Shown: positions 1 to 10,178, counted from the stretch's first letter. The stretch: DNA of 64,000 bases from Thermoguttaceae bacterium (GCA_017408405.1 JAFQUP010000118.1:12687-76686), one strand, 5' to 3'. Notes: a model not told the origin generated them from the sequence alone. Program-made: numbers and translations.

Positions 1-556
1 AAACACGTTTTATGTCACCCAAAAGCCCCTGTTTCACCATATTGACCGCACGGGTAAAACGCGGCATTTCGCATCTGCGCTGAGTTCCAACGGCCATAAC
101 CAGTTTCGGATTGGTCAATGCTTTTTCCCGCAGAACCTGATTTTCACGAATAGTGAGCGTCAGCGGCTTTTCACAGAAAACGTGTTTCCCGGCATCCAGA
201 GCGTCGAGACAGATTTTAGTGTGCCAGTGGTCCGGAGTCGCGACACAGACGACATCAATGTCTTTCCGGTCCAGAATCTTTCGATAATCCGCCGTTGCTT
301 CCGCTTTTCCGCCGCAAACGACCGCGTTCGTATCGGCCAGCCGTTTTCGGTCAAGATCGGCAAGCATCACCAGCTCCGCGTGCCGAGCGTGAAGAGACGC
401 GTCATATCTCCCCCGCCCTCCAACTCCGACAGCTGCGCAGCGAAGTCTGGAATTTGGAGCGTTTTCACCAAATACGACAGGAAGAAAGGCTGCCCCGCCG
501 AAACCAGCCGCGGACAGGGAAGCAAGTTGAATAAGACGTCTTCTGGAAGTTTTCAT
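1..556 (-). CDS. Gfo/Idh/MocA-family oxidoreductase with twin-arginine signal (about 185 N-terminal codons; 3' end lies beyond the left window edge)
   Basis: Absent from the ORF track because it runs off the edge. Reverse-strand translation from the ATG (complement of 554-556, AGGAG 7 nt upstream) gives MKTSRRRLIQLASLSAAGFGGAAFLP (RR signal). It continues with the AVGVGGRGRYD Rossmann loop and FCEKPLTLT, the N-terminal pattern of this family. Confidence 0.85.
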   Translation of the reverse strand, partial: MKTSRRRLIQLASLSAAGFGGAAFLPVVFGENAPNSRLRCAAVGVGGRGRYDASLHARHAELVMLADLDRKRLADTNAVVCGGKAEATADYRKILDRKDIDVVCVATPDHWHTKICLDALDAGKHVFCEKPLTLTIRENQVLREKALTNPKLVMAVGTQRRCEMPRFTRAVNMVKQGLLGDIKRV

Positions 557-921
557 GATTTTCTCCTTTAGGTGGGAATTAAAATTTGCCTCAGCCGGAC
601 CGGAAAATAAACGGCAGGCAGACACGGGGCAGCGCGGAATCTGTTTTTCTTCATCGCGCCTTGACACGATCAATTTCAAAAAATCAGCGATTTCCGGCAA
701 TTTTTCAAATGAAACACTCCGGTGAAATGGCCAAAGTGATTCTTTCAGAATTTTCATGAATTTTCGCCCCCTTTCACCTTCCATCGCGTTTTACCGATGA
801 TTTCAGAAACACAGGGAAAAATCGATTTGTTCATTTTACCTTCAATACTGATTTTTTTCAAGGAGACAGAATCGTTTTTTAGAAAAAAAACAAATTTTTT
901 GACGAAAAAAGAAAATTTTCC

Positions 922-949
922 TTGACAGTGAGTTTTTATGAGGTAAAAT
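922..949 (+). promoter_or_regulatory. sigma-70-type promoter candidate upstream of the FNT gene
   Basis: TTGACA 922-927, 16-nt spacer, TAAAAT 944-949. Confidence 0.4.
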
Positions 950-1112
950 CCTGACAAACAGGAATTTTTTTTCGAATGACCACCTTATTTTGGGGGAAAG
1001 AGAAAAAATTTTAGGCAAATTCGTTTCAGCTTTAACGCAAAATCCCTTATTGGTTGCCCCTGCTTAACATTAAACTTAACGAAGAGTATCCTCTTCAGAA
1101 AGCGTCTTTTCG

Positions 1113-1757
1113 ATGATTTTTAAGATTTTTTTGAATGCTTTTTTGGCTGGCTTTGCTCTTGGAATTGCCGGAACTGTGAACCTTTCCGTCGGCGGCGGGC
1201 TTCCCGGCGCGTTTCTTTTTGGCTTTGGACTGTTTCTGATCCTTTGCTTTTCTTTCAAACTGTTTACCGGCGCGATTGGCTATCTCGCGGAACAGAAAAA
1301 AGACCATTTTTTTTCCTATCTGTGGTCTTTAATCGTAATCTGGCTGGGGAATTTTGCCGGAACCGCGTTTGTCGGATGGCTGGTCCGAAATTCGAGAATT
1401 GCGGAAAAAATCGTTCCCGCGGCAGAAAAACTTTGCGAAATCAAACTGGCCGATTCTGGACTGAGCATTTTAATTCTTTCGTTTTTTTGCGGTTTTTTGA
1501 TGTTTGTCGCCGTAGACAGTTTTCGCCGTGAATCTTTCCCCCCCATTTTCCGCGTGCTGATGGTTTTTCTCTGCGTCATAATTTTTATCCTTTCCGGTTT
1601 TGAGCACTGCATCGCGAATATGTTCTACTTCTCGGCATCCGGCATGCTGCTGGAATGCCAAAGTGGACATTTGACGATTATTTGGATTTTGCTCATGACT
1701 TTGGGAAATTCAATCGGCGGGTGGTTTTTGCCGATAATGAACAAAGTACGTCAGTAG
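1113..1757 (+). CDS. formate/nitrite transporter (FNT) family membrane protein
   Basis: 214-aa polytopic membrane ORF. GFEHCIANMFYF and the C-terminal LGNSIGGW match FNT family signatures. It is shorter than typical FNT proteins. Confidence 0.8.
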   Translation: MIFKIFLNAFLAGFALGIAGTVNLSVGGGLPGAFLFGFGLFLILCFSFKLFTGAIGYLAEQKKDHFFSYLWSLIVIWLGNFAGTAFVGWLVRNSRIAEKIVPAAEKLCEIKLADSGLSILILSFFCGFLMFVAVDSFRRESFPPIFRVLMVFLCVIIFILSGFEHCIANMFYFSASGMLLECQSGHLTIIWILLMTLGNSIGGWFLPIMNKVRQ

Positions 1758-1829
1758 AGATAGAAGAACTGAAAATTCAACCAGAGAACGATTGGTCCTC
1801 AAAATTTCATAATTTCCGGAGCATTTGCC

Positions 1830-3023
1830 ATGCAGAAATCACTTGATGTGAAAATTGCCCGAATCCTGGCAGATCGAAATTGTCGTGATTTTATTCTTGC
1901 CGACGCGAAGGACGCCGACATGGCGTATGGTTTGGCCGCTCCTGGGCAAAGTCCCGAATCTTATGGAAAAGAGGCGCGTTTTCGTACGCTGGATCAGTAT
2001 CGTGCCCAAATTCGTGAAGTAATCGCGCAGGGACTGGTAGATATTGTCCTGATGAGTGCCAGCACAAACGAAATCCTGACTCTTCGGGAGAGACTTTTCG
2101 AAAATACCTCCATTACGCCTGCCATTCGCGCCAATGACGCGACCGACATTTGGCTTGCCGGAGCGGAGGGCGTTTACACTTCGCTTCCTTCACGACCTTT
2201 CAGAACCGCCTCTCTTGATTACGCAATGTGCGGGAAAGGTTCATGCCGACCGGAAGATCGCCTTTTAGGGGCAAATCTCGGGCTTTATTCAATCACCTTC
2301 AACAACGATCTGGAACGTGACATGGAGTCGCTCCTCGCCTACAAACAGTTTCGCGCGGAAGCTGCCCGAAAAGGCTTCAGGCATTTTTTGGAAGTCTTCG
2401 CTCCCAACGCTCCCATCGGTGCCATTTCTGACATTCCCCGGTTCGTGAATGACCATATTGTCCGCACACTGGCTGGGGTCGCGGGGGAAGAGAGACCGAC
2501 TTTCCTGAAGATTCCATACTTTGGACCAAAGGCAATGGAGGAATTGGCGAACTTTGACTCAACCCTGGTGGTTGGTATTCTCGGCGGGTCGGCCGGAACG
2601 ACTTTTGACGCTTTTCAGATGCTGTGGGAAGCTAAAAAATATGGCGCGAGAGTCGCTCTTTACGGAAGAAAAATCAATTCGGCGGAACACCAGCTCACTT
2701 TCATTCAGGTACTCCGCCGTGTCGCAGATGATGAACTTCTGCCAAAAGACGCCGTTCGCCTTTATCATTCCGAACTGAAACGCATGAACATCGCGCCCCG
2801 GCGTTCGCTGGAAGATGACCTTCAATCAATGGCGCAGGTCTTGAGTTACGATTCATCCGTTCACGCTGCCGTAACCGTTCCTGTTGCTGGAGATTCCGCT
2901 GTTTCCAGCGTGAAAAAGAATTCGGAAATCGCTTCCAATCCCACTTCAGGCCAAACGGCAGAAATGAAAGTAAACGAAAAAGTACGCCGGAATCTTGAAA
3001 AGCTGGATCGGATATTTGGATAA
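1830..3023 (+). CDS. conserved hypothetical protein (possibly an aldolase-type TIM barrel, weak)
   Basis: 397-codon ORF with GGAG about 10 nt upstream of the ATG. No family recognised with certainty. FLEVFAPN, LKIPYFG and ILGGSAGT hint at a beta/alpha barrel. Confidence 0.7.
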   Translation: MQKSLDVKIARILADRNCRDFILADAKDADMAYGLAAPGQSPESYGKEARFRTLDQYRAQIREVIAQGLVDIVLMSASTNEILTLRERLFENTSITPAIRANDATDIWLAGAEGVYTSLPSRPFRTASLDYAMCGKGSCRPEDRLLGANLGLYSITFNNDLERDMESLLAYKQFRAEAARKGFRHFLEVFAPNAPIGAISDIPRFVNDHIVRTLAGVAGEERPTFLKIPYFGPKAMEELANFDSTLVVGILGGSAGTTFDAFQMLWEAKKYGARVALYGRKINSAEHQLTFIQVLRRVADDELLPKDAVRLYHSELKRMNIAPRRSLEDDLQSMAQVLSYDSSVHAAVTVPVAGDSAVSSVKKNSEIASNPTSGQTAEMKVNEKVRRNLEKLDRIFG

Positions 3024-3246
3024 AATTCCGAAAATCAGAATACCGTCTTTTAAATTTTCGGCATGAGCGTTTCCGGGCAAAAAGCAACCGCGTTCTGATG
3101 AACCGGGTTTCAGGCGCGAGCGGACGAATTTCAGGAAAAACATGAAATCTTTCGAACCGCCATGGAAAATCAGCCGGAACTTTCCCAAAATCGTTTCAAG
3201 AGATTCGTCCATTTTCGCGAACTTCCCACTAAAAATTCAGTGTCGT

Positions 3247-3741
3247 TCAACGCGCTTTTTGTGCCCTCCTTCTCATCTCCGACGGCGAAATAAATTCCAG
3301 AACTCGATACCCGTCTTTAATCCCAACGCACTCAATTGGTCCAACTAAAGTCACGCACATTCCTTCGTGCATTTCCTTCGTCGAATATCCCCGCAAATAA
3401 AACAAAACACCCGATCCATTAAATTGAAGAAGACAAAGTCGGGAACCCGCAATTTTTTCAACACGCGCTGTCAAGTTGCCAAGACGATACTCCTGATCTC
3501 CAACTTCAATATCGTCCGGAGAATCCCTTCCAGGTTCCGTTCCCCAAGAAATATTTTCCCGATAACCAATTTTAGCCGGCGGCGCGATCCGCATCTGGTA
3601 TTGGAAACTCTCTAACTGCAGCTGGTTAAATTTTCGGATTGCTTCCGGAGAATCCGCCCGAAGTCCCTTAACCTGCGAAAAAAGCGGCAAAACGCAAAAC
3701 AAAGAATAAACAAATACTGAAATTTGCCAGAAATTTCTCAT
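3247..3741 (-). CDS. small secreted hypothetical protein
   Basis: Track ORF 3247-3846 trimmed to the internal ATG at 3741. That ATG has GAGGAG 5 nt upstream and gives a signal-like N-terminus MRNFWQISVFVYSLFCVLPLFSQ. Confidence 0.65.
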   Translation of the reverse strand: MRNFWQISVFVYSLFCVLPLFSQVKGLRADSPEAIRKFNQLQLESFQYQMRIAPPAKIGYRENISWGTEPGRDSPDDIEVGDQEYRLGNLTARVEKIAGSRLCLLQFNGSGVLFYLRGYSTKEMHEGMCVTLVGPIECVGIKDGYRVLEFISPSEMRRRAQKAR

Positions 3742-4292
3742 GCGACTCCTCTCATCCCAAGCAGGGCAAGTATTAAAAATCCACGAAAACTCTCTCAGGA
3801 AAAAATACCCAATCCACCTTCTCCAAAGAAACGCCTTCCGAGCCAAACATACTCAAATGAAACTCCATTTACGCGCATTATACTATTTTCGACTCAAAAT
3901 TTCAAGGGGAATCAAATCTGTTTTCACAAAAAATTCACAGATATTTTCACCGCCAGCCCTTTCTCGGCATGAAACCACTCACTTTCCAGCTAACTTAAAA
4001 TCCAAATTTCTACTTTCAAAAATCCAAAATCGAGATTAACAAAACCCAGAAACTATCAAGAATCAAAATAAATCAGCGACAATAAATATTTAATCAATTT
4101 AATCGAAAAAAGAAAACAGATAATTTGCAATATGGAAACATTCCCCAAACAGAAACAAAAAGCTCTACTTTTCTCTTAAAGATTCTTTCATGATTTCATT
4201 TTTCGATACCTGATTTTTGCGAAAAATCGACAGAAAAGGAATTTTTTGACGTTTTTTTCCTCAAAAACAAAAAAAGACTGTTGAAAATTCCG

Positions 4293-4330
4293 CCCCCCCT
4301 GCTTGCGATGTTTCCATTTTCGGGTATATT
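4293..4330 (+). promoter_or_regulatory. glyA promoter candidate with upstream C7 tract
   Basis: C7 4293-4299, TTGCGA 4303-4308, 16-nt spacer, TATATT 4325-4330. It lies 42 nt upstream of the glyA ATG. Confidence 0.45.
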
Positions 4331-4372
4331 AAAAGAAATTTTTAAAATAACCTTTTTAACAGGGACTGAAAA

Positions 4373-5680
4373 ATGCTCAAAGCAGAACGTTATCCTCACT
4401 TAAAAATTACCGATCCGGAAGTCTATGATCTGATTTGCCGTCAGGCTGCCTATGAAGGCACGACCCTGAAAATGATCGCTTCCGAAAACTACGCTTCTTT
4501 TTCTGTCTTGGAAGCAACCGGCTCTTCGCTCACGAACAAATACTGCGAAGGATACCCCGGGGCGCGTTACTACGAAGGAAACGACATCTGTGATGAAGTC
4601 GAGAATCTCGCGATCAATCGCCTGAAAGCTCTTTTTGGCGCCGAACACGCAAACGTTCAGCCCCTGAGCGGTTCTCCGGCCAACTCTGCTGTTTATCGCG
4701 CCATCATGAAACCGGGCGACAAAGTAATGGGAATCCCCGTTGACTTTGGCGGACACCTTACTCACGGCTGGAAAGTCAACTTCTCCGGAAAAGATTACGT
4801 CCAGGTCCCTTTCGGACCCTCGCCGGAAACTGGAATTCTCGACTATGATGAAATCCGTGAAATCGCTCTCCGTGAACGTCCCCGTATGATCTGGTGCGGT
4901 ACGACTGCTTATCCCCGCACGATCCATTACGATCGTTTCGCGGCAATTGCCGAAGAAGTCGGAGCCTATCTTGTGGCTGACATCGCCCATATCTCCGGCC
5001 TGATCGCCGGCGGTGCCCATCCCAATCCCGTTCCTTACTGCGATGTCGTTTCCAGCACGACCCACAAAATGATGCGTGGTCCGCGCTCTGGATTCATCAT
5101 GAGTCGAATTGAGGACCGTTACCAGGAAAAATACTATCCAACCAGCAAAAACAATCTGGCGAAACGAATCGACCGCGCCGTTTTCCCGACTCTCCAGGGC
5201 GGCCCCCACATGAACGTTATCGCGGGAATGGCCGTCGCGTTCGCGGAAGCTGCCACGGACTCCTTTAAGGAATACGCTCATCAGGTCGTTAAAAATGCCC
5301 GTGCCCTTGGCGAATACCTCATGGAGCACGGAATCAAACTCGCCAGCGGCGGTACGGATACGCATATGCTCCTCCTTGACCTCCGCGACAAGGAATACAC
5401 GGGAAAAGACGCCGCCCAGGCCCTCGCCCGCGGCGGTATCATCGCCAACTTCAACACCGTCCCCGGCGACATGCGAAAGCCCACCGTCACCTCCGGCGTC
5501 CGCATGGGAACTCCCGGTCTCACCAGCATGGGAATGAAAGAAGCCGACATGCTCAAGGTCGGAGAATGGATCGTTCGTATCCTCAACGCGCTCCCCAGCT
5601 CGGAAGACGCTGAAAAATCCGCAAGAAAGGAAATCGCCGACTTCTGTGCGCAGTTCACGATTCCGGGACTGGACGATTAA
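4373..5680 (+). CDS. glyA: serine hydroxymethyltransferase
   Basis: 435-aa ORF with IASENY, TNKYCEGYPGARYY, SGSPAN and the PLP-lysine region TTHKMMRGPRSG. Confidence 0.97.
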   Translation: MLKAERYPHLKITDPEVYDLICRQAAYEGTTLKMIASENYASFSVLEATGSSLTNKYCEGYPGARYYEGNDICDEVENLAINRLKALFGAEHANVQPLSGSPANSAVYRAIMKPGDKVMGIPVDFGGHLTHGWKVNFSGKDYVQVPFGPSPETGILDYDEIREIALRERPRMIWCGTTAYPRTIHYDRFAAIAEEVGAYLVADIAHISGLIAGGAHPNPVPYCDVVSSTTHKMMRGPRSGFIMSRIEDRYQEKYYPTSKNNLAKRIDRAVFPTLQGGPHMNVIAGMAVAFAEAATDSFKEYAHQVVKNARALGEYLMEHGIKLASGGTDTHMLLLDLRDKEYTGKDAAQALARGGIIANFNTVPGDMRKPTVTSGVRMGTPGLTSMGMKEADMLKVGEWIVRILNALPSSEDAEKSARKEIADFCAQFTIPGLDD

Positions 5681-5732
5681 GAACGTGAATTTAGAAAACG
5701 GCGACCGTAACGCCGCCGTCCGTAAGACCTTC

Positions 5733-5763
5733 AAGGCCCTCTCGTCGAGGGGGCCTTTTTTGC
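5733..5763 (+). terminator. intrinsic terminator after glyA
   Basis: AAGGCCCTC / GAGGGGGCCTT stem followed by a T7 run. Confidence 0.7.
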
Positions 5764-5796
5764 TATCGAATGCGGAAAGCTTAATTCTTAATTATT

Positions 5797-5946
5797 CTAC
5801 TGAACAATTTCAGCAAATCGTTCTGGATCATTTTCTTTGAGCGTATTAAAAATATCCTCTGGAATAAAAGGAATCTCCTCATCCTTAAAGGGCTGGCCGT
5901 TTCTCAAACTATCGACGCATTCCTTTCCGGTCGACAATCTCATCAT
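5797..5946 (-). CDS. small hypothetical protein (49 aa, below the ORF-track cutoff)
   Basis: Translation is MMRLSTGKECVDSLRNGQPFKDEEIPFIPEDIFNTLKENDPERFAEIVQ, with AGGGA 4 nt upstream. It lies directly downstream of ORF 5969-6232 on the same strand. Confidence 0.4.
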   Translation of the reverse strand: MMRLSTGKECVDSLRNGQPFKDEEIPFIPEDIFNTLKENDPERFAEIVQ

Positions 5947-5968
5947 TTTCCCTGCTCTGGAAACAGTT

Positions 5969-6232
5969 TTAAAAACTCCTGTTTTGCAGAATCGTCCAAA
6001 TTTTTATCATATTTTGAACATAGCTCAAACACGATTGATAAAACTTAAAATTATCTAATTTTCCGTATTCACTTGATTTACGAACTAAAGACAAAGCCGT
6101 ATTTAATACCACTTTGCGGTCTTCATCGTAAAACGGCGCGTCTGGAAGGGAAACCGCATAGCCTATCATACGTTTAACATGATCAAAAGGAGAAAATCCG
6201 CCAGGCATTTGACCATCGCCCTGATTTTTCAT
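5969..6232 (-). CDS. small hypothetical protein (87 codons as read; 3' end probably frame-shifted)
   Basis: Read from the ATG at 6232 (MKNQGDGQMPGGFSPFDHVKRMIGY...). The upstream part of the track ORF is only the translation of an 11-bp tandem repeat and is dropped. See the finding on the A5 run at 6001-6005. Confidence 0.45.
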   Translation of the reverse strand: MKNQGDGQMPGGFSPFDHVKRMIGYAVSLPDAPFYDEDRKVVLNTALSLVRKSSEYGKLDNFKFYQSCLSYVQNMIKIWTILQNRSF

Positions 6233-6320
6233 CTCCTCTGCTTTCTCTAGAGCTTTCCCCCTCAATTTCAAAAAAAATAAAAAATTTTTCAAACGCTCGC
6301 CGCCTCGAAACGGGAAACCA

Positions 6321-6378
6321 CGCTTTCGTCTCGCTTTCGTCTCGCTTTCGTCTCGCTTCCGTCTCGCTTCCGTCTCGC
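6321..6378. repeat. 11-bp tandem repeat, about 5.3 copies (CGCTTTCGTCT x3, CGCTTCCGTCT x2, CGC)
   Basis: Read directly from the sequence. It is intergenic, between the small minus-strand ORF and ileS. Confidence 0.9.
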
Positions 6379-6478
6379 AAACTGCCGTGAACCTGCCCGA
6401 CGAACCGCCTCCCACCGAATCAACGCGCCGGTAGCGTCGTCTCCAATTCATAAATCGCAAATCCGGATTGAAACCTTG

Positions 6479-6513
6479 CCCCCCCTGTTTTTTTTCTGGA
6501 TTTCTGGTAAAAT
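6479..6513 (+). promoter_or_regulatory. ileS promoter candidate with upstream C7 tract
   Basis: C7 6479-6485, TGTTTT 6486-6491 (weak -35, inside a T8 run), TGgTAAAAT extended -10 at 6505-6513. Confidence 0.4.
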
Positions 6514-6560
6514 AGTGGAAAATGTTTTTAGATTCTGCACATTACTGTCGAGGTTCCAAA

Positions 6561-9527
6561 ATGCTTAAAGTTCAGGAAGGCCGCGTCTCGTTCCCCAGGC
6601 TGGAAGAGGAAATGGTCCAGTGGTGGAAAGACAATAATATTTACGAAAAATCGCTTGCGCGCCGAGAAAACGCCCCGTCGTTCGTTTTCTTTGAAGGTCC
6701 TCCGACCGCCAACGGAATGCCGCACCCCGGCCACTGCCTGACGCGTGCGATGAAAGACCTCTTCCCGCGCTATCGCACCATGCGCGGTTACCGCTGCGAG
6801 CGCAAAGCCGGGTGGGATACGCACGGCCTCCCCGTCGAACTGGAAGTCTGCAAGGAACTCGGTCTGAAAAAATCCCGTGAAGAGATCGAAAATTACGGCG
6901 TCGAACCGTTCATTCAGCTCTGCCAGAAAAGTGTCTGGCGCTATATGCAGGAATGGGAACACCTGACCGAGCGCATCGGTTTCTGGATCCATCTCGACCA
7001 GGCGTACGTGACCTACCATCAGTCGTTCGTCGAATCGGTCTGGTGGGCACTTTCCGAATTCTTCAAAAAAGGCCTTCTCTACCAGGGACACAAGATCGTC
7101 TGGTGGTGGGCGCAGGGCGGAACCGCGCTCTCCAGCGGTGAAGTGGGAGAAGGCTACCGTGAAGTCGCCGATCCTGCCGTTTACGTCCGCTACCCGGTCC
7201 TGGCGGAAGAAAAAACGCCGGAAGTCCTGAAAAACGCCGACTTCGTCATCTGGACCACCACCCCGTGGACGCTTTCCAGCAACCAGTTCGTCGCCGTCAA
7301 GACGGACATGGAATACTGCGTCGTGAAATTTGAGGGAGACGAACGCGCCGTGGTCATCGCCGAGCCGCTTCTTGCCTCCGTCGCCCAAAAATACGGCGGG
7401 AAAAAGCCGAAGGAATACGAACTTCTCGGCAAACTCACCGGTGAACAGCTCGTCGGCGTCCGCTACACTCCGCCGTTCGACACGTTCTACCGCACGCTCG
7501 GGAACGTTCAAGGCACGCTTAAGACCGGCGAAAAAGAGTACCTCGCCTGGCGCGTCGTCCCGGCAGATTTCGTCACCGTCGACACCGGAACGGGCATGGT
7601 GCATCAGGCTCCGGCGTTCGGTGAAGATGACTTCGGCGTCCTTCAGGCTCAGAAAGCCCGTTTTGTGGACGGCGAAGGCCCAGACATGATCTGCGCTGTC
7701 GCGTCAAATGGTACATTCACGGAAGTTTTCCCTGAATTCCAGGGCCGCTGGGTCAAGGAAGCGGACAAAGACATCATCAAGGTCCTGAAGGAAAAAAATC
7801 TGCTCCTCATCCACGAGCAGTACCTCCACGAGTACCCCTTCTACACGCGCTCGGACGACCCGCTCATCCAGTACCCACGCAAAAGCTGGTTCATCAAAAC
7901 GAGTCAGTTCAAGGACGCCATGCTCAAAAACAATGCGCAGATCAAATGGCTCCCCGAGCACATTCGCGATGGACGTTTCGGCAATTTCCTCGCCACGAAT
8001 GTCGACTGGGCACTCTCCCGTGAACGTTTCTGGGGGACTCCGCTTCCGATCTGGGTCTGCGAAAAGACCGGAAAAATGGAAGCAATCGCGAACTACGACG
8101 AGCTGATGGCGAAACCGGGTGTTTCCGGAATGGAAGTCTGGGAAAAGGCGAAAGCCGAGAATCCGGACCTCCCGGAAGACCTCAAGGTGCACAAGCCGTA
8201 CATTGACGAAATCACGTACGATTCCCCCTTCGGCGAGCTGAACGAAGATGGTTCTGTACCGCGCATGCGCCGTGTTCCGGAAGTGATCGACTGCTGGTTC
8301 GACTCCGGATCCATGCCGTTCGCGCAGTGGGGTTACCCGCACAAACCGGGATCCGAGGAAGAATTCAAAGCGCACTTCCCCGCCGATTTCATCAGCGAAG
8401 CGATCGACCAGACCCGCGGCTGGTTCTACAGTCAGCTGGCGATCAGCACGCTGCTGTTCGGCGACCACGCTCTGCAGAACGAAACGGCAGACCGTGTCCG
8501 TGAGTACCCGCATCCGTTCAAAACGTGCGTCGTGCTGGGGCTGATGCTTGCGGAATGGTGGGAAAACAAGGGGTACAAAGACCCGAAAGACCGTCAGATC
8601 TTCCTGGAAGAAGAGGAAGCAAAGAAGGTCCTCGGCGCGAAAAATTACGAGCACAAGATCGGCAAAATGTCGAAATCGCTCCACAATTACCGCTCGCCGA
8701 ACGAAATTTTCGACAAATACGGCGCAGACGCCCTGCGCTGGTACTTCTACAGCAACCAGGCTCCGTGGAACGCCATCATCTACAGTGAACGTGCGATCGC
8801 GGAATCGATGCCGGCTTTCACCGTAAAACTCTGGGACACGCTGAAATTCCTCGTCGGTTACGCGAACAGCGACGGTTTCGAGCCGGAAAAATGGCTGGAA
8901 GGCGATGCGGGACAGATGACGCCGGATGTTCTGAAAAACGCGAAAAACTACCGACCGGTCTCCGAACGCGCGGAGCTGGACCGCTGGATCATGAGCAAGC
9001 TGAATTCGCTCAATGCGTTCGTCATCGAAAAACTGGATGCCTACGACAATCATCCGGCCGCAGCTGCCCTGCTCGAGTTCGTGGATGCGCTGAGCAACTG
9101 GTACATCCGCCGCTCGAAGGAAAGCATTTGGAGTTCCGACAAATCGGATGCCAACTGCGCAAAGTGGGACACGTACTGGACGCTCTACGAGTGCCTGGTC
9201 ACGCTCTCCAAACTCATCGCGCCGTTCGTGCCGTTCATGGCCGAGCAGATCTGGAATACGCTCGTTCGGGAACCGTTTGGAGCGCGCGCGATGGAAAGCG
9301 TCCATCTGTGCGACTATCCGACACCCGACGCAGCCTCGATCGACGAAACGCTTGCCGTCCGCATGGACCTGATGCGCGAGATCTGCTCTCAGGGACATTC
9401 GGCCCGCCAGAACGCGAGCCTGAAAGTAAAGCAGCCGCTTTCCGGAGTGGACATCGTCCTGACGGAAGCCTCGCGTCCCCATCGCGGCTGGCTCACCGAG
9501 CATGACGAAAGATCCGCGAAGAGCTGA
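6561..9527 (+). CDS. ileS: isoleucine--tRNA ligase, type 2, main part; frame ends prematurely at TGA 9525-9527
   Basis: Start moved to the ATG at 6561 (GAGG 8 nt upstream; [23 protein letters not shown]). HIGH-type motif PHPGH and KMSKS (KIGKMSKSL) are both present. Confidence 0.95.
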   Translation: MLKVQEGRVSFPRLEEEMVQWWKDNNIYEKSLARRENAPSFVFFEGPPTANGMPHPGHCLTRAMKDLFPRYRTMRGYRCERKAGWDTHGLPVELEVCKELGLKKSREEIENYGVEPFIQLCQKSVWRYMQEWEHLTERIGFWIHLDQAYVTYHQSFVESVWWALSEFFKKGLLYQGHKIVWWWAQGGTALSSGEVGEGYREVADPAVYVRYPVLAEEKTPEVLKNADFVIWTTTPWTLSSNQFVAVKTDMEYCVVKFEGDERAVVIAEPLLASVAQKYGGKKPKEYELLGKLTGEQLVGVRYTPPFDTFYRTLGNVQGTLKTGEKEYLAWRVVPADFVTVDTGTGMVHQAPAFGEDDFGVLQAQKARFVDGEGPDMICAVASNGTFTEVFPEFQGRWVKEADKDIIKVLKEKNLLLIHEQYLHEYPFYTRSDDPLIQYPRKSWFIKTSQFKDAMLKNNAQIKWLPEHIRDGRFGNFLATNVDWALSRERFWGTPLPIWVCEKTGKMEAIANYDELMAKPGVSGMEVWEKAKAENPDLPEDLKVHKPYIDEITYDSPFGELNEDGSVPRMRRVPEVIDCWFDSGSMPFAQWGYPHKPGSEEEFKAHFPADFISEAIDQTRGWFYSQLAISTLLFGDHALQNETADRVREYPHPFKTCVVLGLMLAEWWENKGYKDPKDRQIFLEEEEAKKVLGAKNYEHKIGKMSKSLHNYRSPNEIFDKYGADALRWYFYSNQAPWNAIIYSERAIAESMPAFTVKLWDTLKFLVGYANSDGFEPEKWLEGDAGQMTPDVLKNAKNYRPVSERAELDRWIMSKLNSLNAFVIEKLDAYDNHPAAAALLEFVDALSNWYIRRSKESIWSSDKSDANCAKWDTYWTLYECLVTLSKLIAPFVPFMAEQIWNTLVREPFGARAMESVHLCDYPTPDAASIDETLAVRMDLMREICSQGHSARQNASLKVKQPLSGVDIVLTEASRPHRGWLTEHDERSAKS

Positions 9528-10108
9528 ATGTGAAGGAAGTCCGATTCACCGATCGTGCAGACGACTACGTTTCGTACACGATCCTGCCGGACCTGAAGAA
9601 ACTGGGCAAGAAGCTCGGAAAACTCCTGCCGATCCTGAAGAATTGGCTCACCACTGCCGACGGCGCCGCACTGTTGGCTCAGATGGAGCAGGACGGCCAG
9701 GTCGAAGTGGAACTGGATGGCCAGAAAGTCGCGTTCACCGCAGAAGAGCTGATCATTCGTCTTCAGGCGAAAGAAGGCTTTGCGGCCTCGCAGGGCAAGA
9801 ATTCGGTCGTCGTGCTGACGACGGAACTGACGCCGGAACTGATCGCGGAAGGAAATGCCCGTGAGATCGTCCGTGCGATCCAGAGCCGCCGCAAGGACCT
9901 GAACTGCGCGTATGCCGACCACATTCGCGTCTGTTTCGAAACGGAAGACACCGCGATGCTCGACGCAGCGAAAGCGTTTTCCGAGTACATTTGCGGCGAA
10001 ACGCTGGCGGACGAGCTGACGTTCACGGTCTCGGATGCCTACGCCGGCGCGGAATCGGTCGAGCTGAAACTCGCAGGAGCCGCGGTGAAGCTGACGGTCG
10101 TGAAGTAA
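9509..10108 (+). CDS. ileS: isoleucine--tRNA ligase C-terminal domain, in the -1 frame relative to 6561-9527
   Basis: The -1 frame, open from 9506, reads (R)[37 protein letters not shown]..., the usual IleRS C-terminal continuation. Confidence 0.9.
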   Translation, partial: KIREELNVKEVRFTDRADDYVSYTILPDLKKLGKKLGKLLPILKNWLTTADGAALLAQMEQDGQVEVELDGQKVAFTAEELIIRLQAKEGFAASQGKNSVVVLTTELTPELIAEGNAREIVRAIQSRRKDLNCAYADHIRVCFETEDTAMLDAAKAFSEYICGETLADELTFTVSDAYAGAESVELKLAGAAVKLTVVK

Positions 10109-10140
10109 AATCCGAAAACATTTCCGAAAAGTAAAAAAAT

Positions 10141-10178
10141 GGGAGACGGTCTTTTTTTGAGGACCGGTCTCCCTTTTT
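10141..10178 (+). terminator. intrinsic terminator after ileS
   Basis: GGGAGACGGTC / GACCGGTCTCCC stem (one bulge) followed by T5. Confidence 0.7.

Noticed and set aside
1730-1737. GCCGATAA (sigma-28 -10 consensus) about 95 nt upstream of the 1830 gene
   Set aside because: No TAAA-type -35 sits at the proper distance (TCAA/CAAT instead). The site lies inside the FNT coding region. A single 8-mer is expected by chance in a window of this size.
2946-3212. 88-codon minus-strand ORF between the 1830 gene and the 3247 gene
   Set aside because: It overlaps the 3' end of the 1830-3023 gene by about 80 nt. It has no convincing ribosome-binding site and no recognisable motif.
4400-5734. 444-codon minus-strand ORF
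   Set aside because: It is exactly antisense to glyA, which has unmistakable SHMT motifs. The product is low-complexity Arg/Gly/Val-rich, a typical shadow ORF of a G/C-rich gene.
6233-6460. Upstream extension of ORF 5969-6460 (MRFMNWRRRYRR...ETEARRKRDESETKARRKR)
   Set aside because: The extension is merely the translation of the 11-bp tandem repeat and flanking DNA, and the period is not divisible by 3.
6528-9503. 358- and 599-codon minus-strand ORFs, plus several shorter plus-strand ORFs
   Set aside because: They are antisense or out-of-frame shadows of ileS, with no ribosome-binding sites or motifs.
9495-9535. Programmed -1 ribosomal frameshifting in ileS
   Set aside because: There is no X XXY YYZ slippery heptamer in the zero frame and no evident downstream stimulatory structure. 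Two other genes show the same one-base-missing signature, so an assembly error is more parsimonious.
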